Positions 33,856-43,440 of a stretch of 64,000 nt of DNA are shown here, one piece after another. Each line of letters starts with the position of its first letter. Positions within the stretch are counted from its first letter, which is position 1. The notes below the pieces were generated by a model that searched no databases, was not told the DNA's origin, and was given only the letters and a program-made list of their open reading frames with translations. Source of the stretch: Patescibacteria group bacterium. Its GTDB lineage: Bacteria; Patescibacteriota; Microgenomatia; UBA1400; MFAQ01. The stretch is taken from positions 92,632-156,631 of the forward strand of contig CALRDV010000001.1 in NCBI GenBank assembly GCA_943355005.1, given 5' to 3'. The position numbers and the translations under genes are program-made.

Positions 33856-35343
33856 GTGGATTTAACTATTAAAGACATCTTGGAAGAAGCAAGAACTCAT
33901 CGCAATGATATAGACGAAAAGCGTCTATTGAAAGTTTTTGAGTATGCCTCACTCAATCACAATGGCCAATTGCGGAAAACTGGCGATCCTTACATCACCC
34001 ATTCCATCAACATTGCCCATACTTTAGCTAGTTGGAGGTTGGATCAGTTATGTATTGAAGCGGGTCTTCTTCATGATTTGCCGGAGATGAGTGGCACTAC
34101 TATTGAGGATCTAGAAAAAGAATTTGGGCTAGAAGTGGCTCATTTGGTTGATGGTGTTAACTTGGTTGGGCAAGTTAGGCTAAGGGGCAGCCAAGAAGTA
34201 GAGTTTCTCGAGAACTTAAGAAAGATGTTTGTTTTTATGGCCAAAGATCTTAGGGCTGTGCTGGTGAGATTAGCCGACAGACGTCACAACATCATGACTC
34301 TACACGGTTTACCTTTGGTTAAACAAAGGCCGATAGCTCTTGAAACTTTAGAAATCTATGTTCCTTTGGCAGAGAGGATTGGTATGGGAAAGTTGAAAAG
34401 TGAGCTAGAAGACTTGACCTTTCCTTATGTCTATCCTGAAGAATATAAATGGGTCATGGAGATTGCCAAGCCTCACTTTAAGCATTCAGTTGAAAATGCT
34501 CCCGATGTCATTAATAGGATAAGACTACAGTTAGCCAAACATAATATCGAAGCCAGTACCGATGGTAGGCCAAAACATAAATATAGCCTTTACCGTAAAC
34601 TGATGCGACCGGAAATAAATATGGATATTGGGAAAATTCATGATCTGGTAGCAATCAGAATAATTACTAAAGATAGTGCTTCATGTTATTCGGCGCTTGG
34701 GGTGATACACCAATACTGGAAGCCGGTTCCATTCTTGGGGATTTCAGATTTTATTTCCCAACCCAAACCAAACGGCTATCAGTCCATTCACACTAAGGTA
34801 TTCGACAGTCACGGCAATATTATAGAGATACAGATTCGGTCGGAAGAAATGCATTTGCAAGCAGAGTATGGTGCAGCGGCTCATTTTGCATATTCTCAAT
34901 CTAAGAACAAAGGTATTAGTGATGAAAAGCTGGAAGGTGGCACAGCTTTTAAGATAGGAAATAAATTTGATTGGGTCAAGCAGCTCGTCGGCTGGAAAGA
35001 TCAAATGTTTTCAGAGAAAGATAGTCTAAAAGATTTTAGGCTGGACGCACTCGCACATCATATATATGTATACTCACCATTGGGTGATGTTTACGATCTG
35101 CCGGAAGACGCTACTCCTGTTGATTACGCCTTTTCTGTGCACTCAGGCTTGGGTTTTCAAATTCAAACTGTAAAAATAAACGATAAAATCGCCACGATTG
35201 ATTCTAAATTAAGAAGCGGTGATGTCATTCAGATTATCAAAACGAAGAATCCGAAGAAACCCAACAGAAATTGGCTTAGATTCGTCAAAACTCATAAAGC
35301 CAAAATCGAAATACGGAAAGCTTTAGAGAAGAGTGGGGTATAA
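33856..35343 (+). CDS. rsh: RelA/SpoT homolog: HD hydrolase + (p)ppGpp synthetase + TGS domain, no ACT domain.
   Basis: HD 'AHTLASWRLDQLCIEAGLLHDLPE'; synthetase 'VAIRIITKDSASCYSALGVIHQYWKPV...DFISQPKPNGYQSIHTKV'; TGS 'IYVYSPLGDVYDLPEDATPVDYAFSVHSGLG'. Confidence 0.85.
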   Translation: MDLTIKDILEEARTHRNDIDEKRLLKVFEYASLNHNGQLRKTGDPYITHSINIAHTLASWRLDQLCIEAGLLHDLPEMSGTTIEDLEKEFGLEVAHLVDGVNLVGQVRLRGSQEVEFLENLRKMFVFMAKDLRAVLVRLADRRHNIMTLHGLPLVKQRPIALETLEIYVPLAERIGMGKLKSELEDLTFPYVYPEEYKWVMEIAKPHFKHSVENAPDVINRIRLQLAKHNIEASTDGRPKHKYSLYRKLMRPEINMDIGKIHDLVAIRIITKDSASCYSALGVIHQYWKPVPFLGISDFISQPKPNGYQSIHTKVFDSHGNIIEIQIRSEEMHLQAEYGAAAHFAYSQSKNKGISDEKLEGGTAFKIGNKFDWVKQLVGWKDQMFSEKDSLKDFRLDALAHHIYVYSPLGDVYDLPEDATPVDYAFSVHSGLGFQIQTVKINDKIATIDSKLRSGDVIQIIKTKNPKKPNRNWLRFVKTHKAKIEIRKALEKSGV

Positions 35344-35357
35344 AATGTATAAGCCCC

Positions 35358-36371
35358 ATGAAAACCACTAAGTCTCATCGCCCCAAAATTGATAGAGTTC
35401 TAAGTCCAAGCCGCAGGAGCTATTCTTTCGCAGCCAAATTCATCTTTATGACTCGTTTTTTTGCTTGGTGTTTGAAGCATTACAACTCCCATCGAGTCAT
35501 TTTAAATACTGCCTCTCTGGTTGGCATTTCACTCTTCTTTGTCCTTTCTCCAGTCATTGGCAAGTTACCTGGTCCGTCCATACCTTTGGTAAAAGCCGCT
35601 TATGTCTCAGAGCCATTGCTTCCCACATCACTTGGCGTTTCACCTCCAGAGTTAACTGCTCACGGTGTCTTTGTTATGGATCTTGATTCCGGCTTAATAC
35701 TTTACGACAAGAATCCTCACCTTCGCCTCAAGCCTGCCTCTCTGACCAAAATTATGACTTCCATGGTTGCTCTAGACTATTTTCAGGAGGACGATATCCT
35801 AAAAGTTAAAAACGGTCAAAATTCCATCGGAAACACAGCCAAACTTCTTAAGGGCGATCAATTAAATGCCTCAGACATGCTCTATGCCTTATTGGTACCT
35901 TCGGGCAATGATGCGGCAGTTACCTTAGCCGAAAATTATCCCGGTGGATATATTGCATTTCTAAAAAGGATGAATGAAAAAGTTACCGAGCTTGGACTCA
36001 AAGATACTCATTTTGTAAATGTTTCAGGCATTGAAAGCCCCAATCATTACACTTCAGCCTACGATATTGCCATGATTTCCAGAAGTGCTCTCACCAGGCT
36101 TTCCTTTTCCAATATCGTTTCAACCAAAAGTATTACTCTAAACAGTCTTAAGGGTCATAAATACCCTCTGGCCTCTACAAACATCTTGTTAGGCAGGCCA
36201 GATGTTCTTGGGGTCAAGACGGGCTGGACACCTGAAGCAGGTGAGTGTTTAGTCATTCTTGTTGAGCGGGACAATCACAAGGTCCTTATCAGCCTTCTAA
36301 ATAGCACTGATCGTTTTGGGGAAGGGAAGCGTTTAATCGACTGGACCTATAAAAACTTCACCTGGCAGTAA
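35358..36371 (+). CDS. D-alanyl-D-alanine carboxypeptidase (peptidase S11, PBP5-like). The true start is possibly downstream.
   Basis: SxxK 'ASLTKIMT', SxN 'VPSGND', KTG 'VKTGWT'. Confidence 0.75.
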   Translation: MKTTKSHRPKIDRVLSPSRRSYSFAAKFIFMTRFFAWCLKHYNSHRVILNTASLVGISLFFVLSPVIGKLPGPSIPLVKAAYVSEPLLPTSLGVSPPELTAHGVFVMDLDSGLILYDKNPHLRLKPASLTKIMTSMVALDYFQEDDILKVKNGQNSIGNTAKLLKGDQLNASDMLYALLVPSGNDAAVTLAENYPGGYIAFLKRMNEKVTELGLKDTHFVNVSGIESPNHYTSAYDIAMISRSALTRLSFSNIVSTKSITLNSLKGHKYPLASTNILLGRPDVLGVKTGWTPEAGECLVILVERDNHKVLISLLNSTDRFGEGKRLIDWTYKNFTWQ

Positions 36372-36476
36372 GCATCTTGTGCGTAGTAATAATATAAGAT
36401 ATAATTGCCCCTTAAGCCGGCTCAGATAAGACTTTTTCCCGAAAGATTTTCTTTGCGTTCCACTTAATCATTTTCT

Positions 36477-37625
36477 ATGAACAAATTAATTACATTTGAT
36501 GTACTCGTTGTATATACCAAGTCCTTGGCCAAAAGTGCCTCTGATAACCGCCTTGGTAATACCTCTCCTTTTGTCGTAGGCTCCACTTCCGAATCTTATA
36601 GTCAAGTATATGGTTATTTCTTGGAAACATGCCGGGAGCACGGATTAAGAGCCGCCTTTACCACTTCCGCAGACATTATTGGAGCAGGTCTGTGTCGTAG
36701 TTACTGGATTTACAAAAATAAAAGGTGGCACAAGTACAACAGTCCCTGCTTTTCGAGTCTAATCTTCGATAAATTTTCTCCAACCAAGAAGAAAATAAGA
36801 ATGAGTAGAGATTTGCTTTTTTCTTCAAACAGAATCAAATCTTTTAATGATCCGGAGTTATTTGGCAAGTTTTTTGATAAGCAGCAAACTTACAATGAGT
36901 TGTCTGAGTTTGCGATTCCGACTGTCTCATTGGAAGAAAAGACTTTGGAAGGTGCCAAGACTGCCTGCCAAAAACTTGCTAAATTAGTTAAAAAATGTCC
37001 TTATTCCGAAGACTATGGTACAGACTTGGTCTTGAAGGACAGGTATGGCGCAGGAGGAAGACGAGTATATAAAGTAGGGGGGAAGAAATACTCTGAAATT
37101 TTAAGAAAAATTAAACACAATTCAAAGGCATCTTTTGTTGTTCAGCCCATGGTTAAGTTTGATCTGGGATTTACATACGAAAATTACTCAGTTCCGACCG
37201 ATATCCGCTTAATTTATCTTGGAGGGAAAGTGGTTCAGTCATACATTAGGAGAGCTTGTCCTGGAGATTTCCGCTGCAATGAGCACCTTGGTGGCTCACT
37301 AACATATCTACCCTTGAGCATATTGCCCTCAAAATTAATTGAAAAAGCAGATATTATCTCTCAAAAGCTAAACCAGTCAGGCTCTTTGTACGCCTTGGAT
37401 TTTATTATCAGTAATAACGGCAACATTTTCTTGTTGGAAGGTAATACTGGCCCGGGACTTGATTGGAACGTCACAGAGCAGGAGAACGAAAGAGAAGCTA
37501 AGCACCTCATTCAGCTAATCGTCAAAGAACTTTGTCTTGTCTCCGGCATTAGCAAATTCTCTTACAGCGGGTGGTCTTTTACTTCGTTATCCACTCTTCT
37601 CTCACCGCTGAGACGTAGGCAGTAA
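36477..37625 (+). CDS. ATP-grasp fold protein (YheC/YheD- or RimK-like ligase).
   Basis: 'LVLKDRYGAGGRRVYKV', 'FVVQPMV', 'LIYLGGKVVQSYIRR', 'LYALDFIISNNGNIFLLEGNTGPGL'. Confidence 0.5.
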   Translation: MNKLITFDVLVVYTKSLAKSASDNRLGNTSPFVVGSTSESYSQVYGYFLETCREHGLRAAFTTSADIIGAGLCRSYWIYKNKRWHKYNSPCFSSLIFDKFSPTKKKIRMSRDLLFSSNRIKSFNDPELFGKFFDKQQTYNELSEFAIPTVSLEEKTLEGAKTACQKLAKLVKKCPYSEDYGTDLVLKDRYGAGGRRVYKVGGKKYSEILRKIKHNSKASFVVQPMVKFDLGFTYENYSVPTDIRLIYLGGKVVQSYIRRACPGDFRCNEHLGGSLTYLPLSILPSKLIEKADIISQKLNQSGSLYALDFIISNNGNIFLLEGNTGPGLDWNVTEQENEREAKHLIQLIVKELCLVSGISKFSYSGWSFTSLSTLLSPLRRRQ

Positions 37626-38661
37626 ATCCTTGGTCACCTAGGAAGACATAAATCGGCATTGCGTACTTCTGGTTTGTGTTTGAATCGTAGTAACCTAGAA
37701 ATATTCTTCTGATTTTTATCTCACCGGTTTTTGGACCGGTGCCTGTTACAAATCCATCACCTTTAGAAAGTTCATCCCAAGCTTCTTCTCCGGTTTTTAC
37801 GGGGTAAGTTCCGCTTTTGGTGTAATCAATGTCCGTGTATTCATAGTCCATGGAAATAATTTTTTCACTCTGAATTTTCGAGCCACTTATTACACTTCGG
37901 ATAAGGCCTTTGGTTGGATCGGTTCTGTAAAACGGATAGCTGGCTTTAATCTCCTTTGATTTGCTGGCAGGATCGATTTCATCGATATTTTTTCTAAATA
38001 AATCTAATTGAATAAAGTCTGCATCGTTCAGAGATAATGCCTTTACCAGTTTGCCGACGTCATTTCTGAGATAGGACACCTTTTCAACTCCCACAGCATC
38101 ATCATTCATAAGACCCACTCTCTTTAAGTAATTTTCAGTTTCGGCTATGACCTGTTTATCGGACTGGAAATTTGCCAAGGTCGCCAGAGTAGGATTGTTT
38201 TGCCACTGTCTGGTCAGTTTAAAGTGGCCGGTAATAATGTTCATTTCTAGTCTAGATCCCAGCTGGTCTTGATTAGTCCATACGTAATCAGTTTCGGTTG
38301 GCTGGTCAGGTTTAAAAAGAAATCCAAGAGCTGTAGCAGTATCAATCGCTCTACTGGCGTCTGCAAACCCACTTCTTCGTGTCGGAGCATAGTAAACTCT
38401 CATCCTATCCGGAAATGCAGGAATTCTCCCGGTCGGCAGTTCGAGTGACATTTTTGGTCTCTCTTTACTTTCTGGAAAATTGAGACTTGGTATCTTGTTA
38501 AAATCCACAGTCGCCGGTGGTGATGGGGGCGGGTTCAAAAATTTGTAGTAATCTAAGGCGGCGACACCAATATACCAAAATATCGTAATTCCTACGAATC
38601 CAAGTCCTCCCCATTTAATTGCGTTCCTCGCCACCACTGAAGCTTCGGTTAGTGTAGCCAT
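37579..38661 (-). CDS. Hypothetical membrane-anchored protein. I chose ATG 38661 as the start rather than the listed 38745, to avoid overlap with gltX.
   Basis: TM 'GGLGFVGITIFWYIGVAALDYY'; large extracytoplasmic domain. Confidence 0.45.
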   Translation of the reverse strand: MATLTEASVVARNAIKWGGLGFVGITIFWYIGVAALDYYKFLNPPPSPPATVDFNKIPSLNFPESKERPKMSLELPTGRIPAFPDRMRVYYAPTRRSGFADASRAIDTATALGFLFKPDQPTETDYVWTNQDQLGSRLEMNIITGHFKLTRQWQNNPTLATLANFQSDKQVIAETENYLKRVGLMNDDAVGVEKVSYLRNDVGKLVKALSLNDADFIQLDLFRKNIDEIDPASKSKEIKASYPFYRTDPTKGLIRSVISGSKIQSEKIISMDYEYTDIDYTKSGTYPVKTGEEAWDELSKGDGFVTGTGPKTGEIKIRRIFLGYYDSNTNQKYAMPIYVFLGDQGFTAYVSAVREEWITK

Positions 38662-38686
38662 AGTCTTTATAAAGTATACTATCCAT

Positions 38687-40150
38687 ATGGCAGATACGCA
38701 CGTCAGAACTAGAAATGCACCCTCGCCGACCGGTACTCCCCACATAGGAAATACAAGGACGGCACTTTACGATTATTTAATCGCCAAAAAATACGGCGGT
38801 GAATTCCTTTTACGTATCGAAGATACCGATGCTAAAAGATTTGTCGAAGGCTCGATAGAAAAAATTTATGCTATTCACGAATTTTTGGGTTTGACCAGAG
38901 ACGAAGATCCCCTCATCGGAGGACCTTACGGTCCCTATATTCAGTCAGAAAGGCTTAAATACTACCAAGAGTACGCTCAACTTCTATTGGATATGGGTGC
39001 CGCCTATTACTGTTTTTGTTCCGAAGAAAGATTAAAGAAACTCCACGAAGATAATCAATTTGCCAAGTACGATCGCCATTGTCGCCATTTGACCAAAGGA
39101 GAAGTCCAAGATCAGTTAGACTCCGGCGCGCCTTATGTAATCAGAACCAAGCTCCCGGAAACCGGTTTTACCGTCTGGCACGATTTAGTTCAAGGCAAAC
39201 TCAGCCTGCCGAATACGGAGTGTGATGACAAAGTACTTATAAAGACGAACGGGGTGCCTACTTATCATCTTGCCGTCGTAGTCGATGATCATCTTATGAA
39301 GGTTAGTCATGTTCTGAGAGGGGTTGAGTGGATGGCTTCTACTCCAATACATTTATTTTTATACGAATCTTTAGGATGGAAACCGCCGATTTTGGCCCAC
39401 GTACCTCTATTATTGGGGACAGATAGATCAAAGCTAGCCAAAAGGCATGGTGCCAAAAACGTTCTTCAGTTTGCTGAAGAGGGTTATTTGCCGGAAGCCA
39501 TCAACAACTTCCTTTTTTACCTTGGCTTCTCCTACAAGGATAATTCCGAACTACTAACTTTATCTCAAATGGCCGAAATCTTTGATGAAACCAAGATTCA
39601 AAGACAAAATGCCATTTTTGATGTCAAGCGTTTAGATTATTTAAATGGTCAATGGATCAAAAGACTCTCTTCTGAAGATTTACTTTCAAGATTAAAGACC
39701 TTTATCTCTGCAGATTGGCTAGCCCAAAAAGAAAAAGTTATTCAGGTTTTAAATCTCACCAAAGAAAGAATGTTGACCTTGGCTGAGTTTGCTCCCGCCG
39801 CCGATTATTTCTTTAATATTCCCATTCTTTCGCAAGAACTTGTTTTGGCTCAATCAAATCACACTCAGGAAGAAACTAAAGCCTGGTTCGACACAGCAAT
39901 CACTGTAATCAATAAAATGACCGTCATCCTCGCGAATGCGGGGATCCATCCGGAAAATTCATTCACCTCCGAAAATCTCCACACCGAACTAGCCAAAGCT
40001 CAGGTGGATTCAGGATTTACGCCCAAAGAAGCCTTTATGTCCCTTCGTGTAGGAATTTCAGGTAGGACGGTGACACCACCACTATTCGATTGCATGGTAA
40101 TCTTAGGTAAAGACGAAACTCTGAAAAGGTTATCTTCTGTCTTTCCCTAA
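38687..40150 (+). CDS. gltX: Glutamyl-tRNA synthetase, with an in-frame palindromic-repeat insertion near the C-terminus.
   Basis: 'RNAPSPTGTPHIGNTRTALYDYL' (HIGH); 'KLAKRHGA' (KMSKS-like); inserted peptide 'VILANAGIHPENS'. Confidence 0.9.
   Translation: MADTHVRTRNAPSPTGTPHIGNTRTALYDYLIAKKYGGEFLLRIEDTDAKRFVEGSIEKIYAIHEFLGLTRDEDPLIGGPYGPYIQSERLKYYQEYAQLLLDMGAAYYCFCSEERLKKLHEDNQFAKYDRHCRHLTKGEVQDQLDSGAPYVIRTKLPETGFTVWHDLVQGKLSLPNTECDDKVLIKTNGVPTYHLAVVVDDHLMKVSHVLRGVEWMASTPIHLFLYESLGWKPPILAHVPLLLGTDRSKLAKRHGAKNVLQFAEEGYLPEAINNFLFYLGFSYKDNSELLTLSQMAEIFDETKIQRQNAIFDVKRLDYLNGQWIKRLSSEDLLSRLKTFISADWLAQKEKVIQVLNLTKERMLTLAEFAPAADYFFNIPILSQELVLAQSNHTQEETKAWFDTAITVINKMTVILANAGIHPENSFTSENLHTELAKAQVDSGFTPKEAFMSLRVGISGRTVTPPLFDCMVILGKDETLKRLSSVFP
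39921..39953 (+). repeat. A-type variant palindromic repeat inside gltX.
   Basis: ccgtcatcctcgcgaatgcggggatccatccgg. Confidence 0.85.
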
Positions 40151-40151
40151 T

Positions 40152-41027
40152 ATGCCAAGTCAAAATCTTCTAAAATCGATAGCTCGTCTCGAAAAAAGGT
40201 CAAATAGTTTACGCAATAAACTCCTTAAGAATTCCTCAGCCAAGAAATTCTTTTTAAAGACACATTTAATTGCCAGTGATTTAAGAGCTCGATCGAGCCA
40301 GCTTCTGGCCGGTGCCGGACTAGTTGGTGCAATTCTCACCATGCCGGCACCTCAAAGTATGGTTCTTACTCCACCTCAGGTCCAAACTCAGCCGATAGAA
40401 AATAAATTCACTGTCCGGCAAAAACTTATGACAGGCCTTCAGGAAATACTTCCTCATCAACCCACCAAGCTTGGGCCGGAGGTTGCTGCCAAAGTTGAGC
40501 AGATTATTTACGAAACCACAGATGTAAAAGCCAAAGTTGTTTTGGAAGATCAGTCTCTCAATCACACTCTTGGTTATATCGGTTTTGAACAACATCTGAC
40601 TCGGTTTCCTGGAGATTCTTTAGCCGGCCACGACGAAATTCAGGAAGCAGGCATTGCCCCGGGTAGGGGAGCTTTTGGTTTTTTTGCCAGAGATTCGGGA
40701 AGTTTTACTACTCGCGAATACATGAGGGAAAAGTATTATTGTGTGGTTCAAACTCTTTATTTAGATAATTGGAACCAAGACCACCGGTTTCTTAAAGATT
40801 GGTATGCATTTAGAAAAATGATTGTCATTAATCCTGTAAATGGTCTGGCGGTAATTTGTGACATTGGCGATGCCGGTCCCGCAGAGTGGACGGGCAAGCA
40901 GTTTGGCGGTTCACCGGAAACCATGCAATACTTAGATTTAAACAAGGGTCCTAGGAAGGGCTTAGTCTTAATGCTCTTTGTAGATGATCCAGATAACAAA
41001 ATTCCACTCGGACCCATTATCCAATAA
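40152..41027 (+). CDS. Membrane-anchored protein with an RlpA-like double-psi beta-barrel (DPBB) domain.
   Basis: 'MIVINPVNGLAVICDIGDAGPAEW...ETMQYLDLNKG' resembles the RlpA/expansin DPBB pattern 'V.N..NG.sv.v.i.DRGP...DLS'. Confidence 0.4.
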   Translation: MPSQNLLKSIARLEKRSNSLRNKLLKNSSAKKFFLKTHLIASDLRARSSQLLAGAGLVGAILTMPAPQSMVLTPPQVQTQPIENKFTVRQKLMTGLQEILPHQPTKLGPEVAAKVEQIIYETTDVKAKVVLEDQSLNHTLGYIGFEQHLTRFPGDSLAGHDEIQEAGIAPGRGAFGFFARDSGSFTTREYMREKYYCVVQTLYLDNWNQDHRFLKDWYAFRKMIVINPVNGLAVICDIGDAGPAEWTGKQFGGSPETMQYLDLNKGPRKGLVLMLFVDDPDNKIPLGPIIQ

Positions 41028-41036
41028 TTACATACC

Positions 41037-41363
41037 ATGTCCATTCTCTTTTACGATCACCTAATTAGCAAAGCCGAAATCCATAATCATATTAATTGTC
41101 TAGAGGAAGCAGATAATCATAAAGGTAAGGCTCTCCAGCTAATCGACGATATTATTTTTCAAGCTATTATCTCTATGATTCTGGAAAAATTGGAGCCTCA
41201 TCATCACCCTGTTTTTCTTACTACAATCCATGAAAGGCCCTACGACCCGGAGATTCTGGGATATCTAAGAGACCATATCGGCGAAAATATTGAGGAAGAT
41301 ATTCGCAGTGAAGCCGACAAAGTCGTCAAGATGATTCTCAAAGATCTTCAGTCCGAAGATTAA
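41037..41363 (+). CDS. Hypothetical acidic protein (108 aa).
   Basis: ORF only. Confidence 0.4.
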   Translation: MSILFYDHLISKAEIHNHINCLEEADNHKGKALQLIDDIIFQAIISMILEKLEPHHHPVFLTTIHERPYDPEILGYLRDHIGENIEEDIRSEADKVVKMILKDLQSED

Positions 41364-41412
41364 TTATTCGTCCATCTTTCATTTCTCTTCCCAAAGTGTT
41401 ACCCTAGTATCT

Positions 41413-41943
41413 ATGCAAGATGAAAAATGTCCCAAATGTGGTGCGCCATTAGGTGAAGTTGTTGAAACAGCTACAGGTAAACGTCTTCAGCGTTGTACAG
41501 CAGGCAGTTGGAACAAAGAAACCAAGAAGTCCGAAGGCTGTGATTACGTCAAGTGGCTCGAGGTGGAGCCTCAAACTCTTGATGAGAAATGTCCCAAGTG
41601 TGGCAACCCTTTAGTTCTCAATGTCACTCGTTTTGGCAAGAAGATGAAAAAGTGCAGTACCAATGTGTGGAACAAAGAAACCAAATTGTCAGAAGGTTGT
41701 GATTACATTGAGTGGATCAATGGCACTACCGAAAAGTTGGACGAGAAGTGTCCCCAGTGTGGAGAACCATTAGTTTTATTTACCACTGCCGCAGGCAAAA
41801 GAATGAAAAAATGTTCTACCTCAGGCTGGGATAGAGAAGCCAAGCAAGCCACGGGCTGTACTTATGTCCAGTGGCTCAAAGGTAATTTTGCTTCTGCTCC
41901 TGCCAACGGCGAAGAATTCCTTCCTCCCGAAGACATTTTCTAA
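41413..41943 (+). CDS. Protein made of three tandem C4 zinc-ribbon repeats (topoisomerase-type zf-like).
   Basis: Three repeats of 'DEKCPKCG.PL...G...C....W.KE.K.SEGCDY..W'. Confidence 0.6.
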   Translation: MQDEKCPKCGAPLGEVVETATGKRLQRCTAGSWNKETKKSEGCDYVKWLEVEPQTLDEKCPKCGNPLVLNVTRFGKKMKKCSTNVWNKETKLSEGCDYIEWINGTTEKLDEKCPQCGEPLVLFTTAAGKRMKKCSTSGWDREAKQATGCTYVQWLKGNFASAPANGEEFLPPEDIF

Positions 41944-41965
41944 GCTATTACTCCACAATTAATGG

Positions 41966-42000
41966 CTTGTCATTCCGGGCTTGACCCGGAATCCATCTGG
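41966..42000 (+). repeat. A-type palindromic repeat just downstream of the zinc-ribbon gene; may act as its terminator.
   Basis: cttgtcattccgggcttgacccggaatccatctgg. Confidence 0.8.
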
Positions 42001-42039
42001 AAATTGTCATATAATTGATTTATATCTATTCCTGTTATC

Positions 42040-42450
42040 ATGAAAAAGAAAAAACTCTCCGGTCTAGATAAGTTGTCCCAAAAATTCACGTACTATATCG
42101 GCACCAACACTTCAATTCTGATTCATACAATTCTATTTGCCGGGATTTTTTCCCTCCGATTCTTTGGTACTACCACGGAAGAAATTTTACTTATCCTTAC
42201 CACTGCCGTTTCTCTCGAAGCCATTTATTTGGCCATCTTCATTCAGATGACCGTCAACCGCACCACCGAAAGTCTTGCCAGCGTAGAGGAAGACATCGAT
42301 GACATTCAAGAGAATATTGATGACATCCAGGAGGATTACAGTGAAGATTCTACCGACGACGTCGATATGATCAAAATTCTTAAGGATATGGAGCTCAGAC
42401 TCAAAGAGCTCCAAACAGACATTTCGGCGCTCCAGAAGAAAAAAGTCTAA
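42040..42450 (+). CDS. DUF1003-like membrane protein with an acidic coiled-coil tail.
   Basis: 'ILLILTTAVSLEAIYLAIFIQMTVNRTTE' resembles the DUF1003 conserved core (...LS.eA....I.MSQNRQ...). Confidence 0.5.
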   Translation: MKKKKLSGLDKLSQKFTYYIGTNTSILIHTILFAGIFSLRFFGTTTEEILLILTTAVSLEAIYLAIFIQMTVNRTTESLASVEEDIDDIQENIDDIQEDYSEDSTDDVDMIKILKDMELRLKELQTDISALQKKKV

Positions 42451-42483
42451 TCTTTTCTATCTTCGAAAACCGTCAAATATTAA

Positions 42484-43302
42484 CTACCTTTGCTTCGTCT
42501 TTCTATTTTTTGCTTCCTCGTAAGAAGATTTCACAGCGCCGCCGGTGGTGCCGATAAGTTTCCCTACAAAGGTGGCAATTGTGTCTGCTCCGGCACCCGC
42601 CATGGCTGGTAGCCACTCTAGAATTGCGTCTCTGGTTTTCTCTTGAGACATTAAGTTAAGAGCAAGCACTCTTCTCTGAGCATCCATTGTTTCCTCACTA
42701 ATTCCGGCATGTTGAGACGCTAAAGCACTTATCGATGGTAGTTGAAATAAGATTACTTGCTTAAACTCCTTTGGTAATGCGTTGTATCGAACCTTGTTCC
42801 CTTTAAAAACTTCGTATGTTATTTGAATAATTTCATCCGCCACTTGCTGAGCGGCCGAGGCAATTTGTTCCTTTCCTAGTTCTCGATAAGTAATTAGTTC
42901 TTCTTTTGCTCTCTCAATCATTTCACTTGTCGTTTTTGGAATCTGATCTTCGGGGGTTCCCAGAGCCACCAGTCTTTTTCTGTACTCCTCCGCTACATAC
43001 GATGGAATTAGTGCATCAAATGCTTCTTGGTCAATATCTACTTCACCCTGTGTCAGAGAGGTCAAACGTGCTGCGATTAGATCTTGTCCTTGTTGCTTTG
43101 ACAATGCAAACTTAATTTCTTTTCCATTTTCTTTAATTAGCATCACATCGTATCCATCAATGTTTTTACCATTCATTCTGGGAATAATAGTTGCGTCACC
43201 ACCAAGCAATGTCTCGACAATTCTTTCTTCATCCATCTTTACAATTGCAGACCCTGTTACCTCGACTTCTTCATTCACTAAGGGCTTTATTTCTGGTATC
43301 AT
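42484..43302 (-). CDS. Hypothetical protein (272 aa).
   Basis: ORF only. Confidence 0.45.
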   Translation of the reverse strand: MIPEIKPLVNEEVEVTGSAIVKMDEERIVETLLGGDATIIPRMNGKNIDGYDVMLIKENGKEIKFALSKQQGQDLIAARLTSLTQGEVDIDQEAFDALIPSYVAEEYRKRLVALGTPEDQIPKTTSEMIERAKEELITYRELGKEQIASAAQQVADEIIQITYEVFKGNKVRYNALPKEFKQVILFQLPSISALASQHAGISEETMDAQRRVLALNLMSQEKTRDAILEWLPAMAGAGADTIATFVGKLIGTTGGAVKSSYEEAKNRKTKQR

Positions 43303-43388
43303 GATATTTTCCTATAACAGTAAAATAATCAGTTATAAGTTATGTGAATAGTACGCTTCTGATTTTTTTCTGTCAACCCTCAATTTAT

Positions 43389-43435
43389 CCGTCATTGCGA
43401 GCCATGTACTCATGGTGTGGCAATCTCACTCCACC
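43389..43435 (+). repeat. B-type palindromic repeat.
   Basis: ccgtcattgcgagccatgtactcatggtgtggcaatctcactccacc. Confidence 0.75.
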
Positions 43436-43440
43436 TTACC

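Noticed and set aside
37579-38745. Long N-terminal extension of the minus-strand gene overlapping the gltX start by 59 bp.
   Set aside because: The internal ATG at 38661 gives a TM-first protein and removes the overlap with the well-supported gltX start (MADTHVRTRNAPSPTG).
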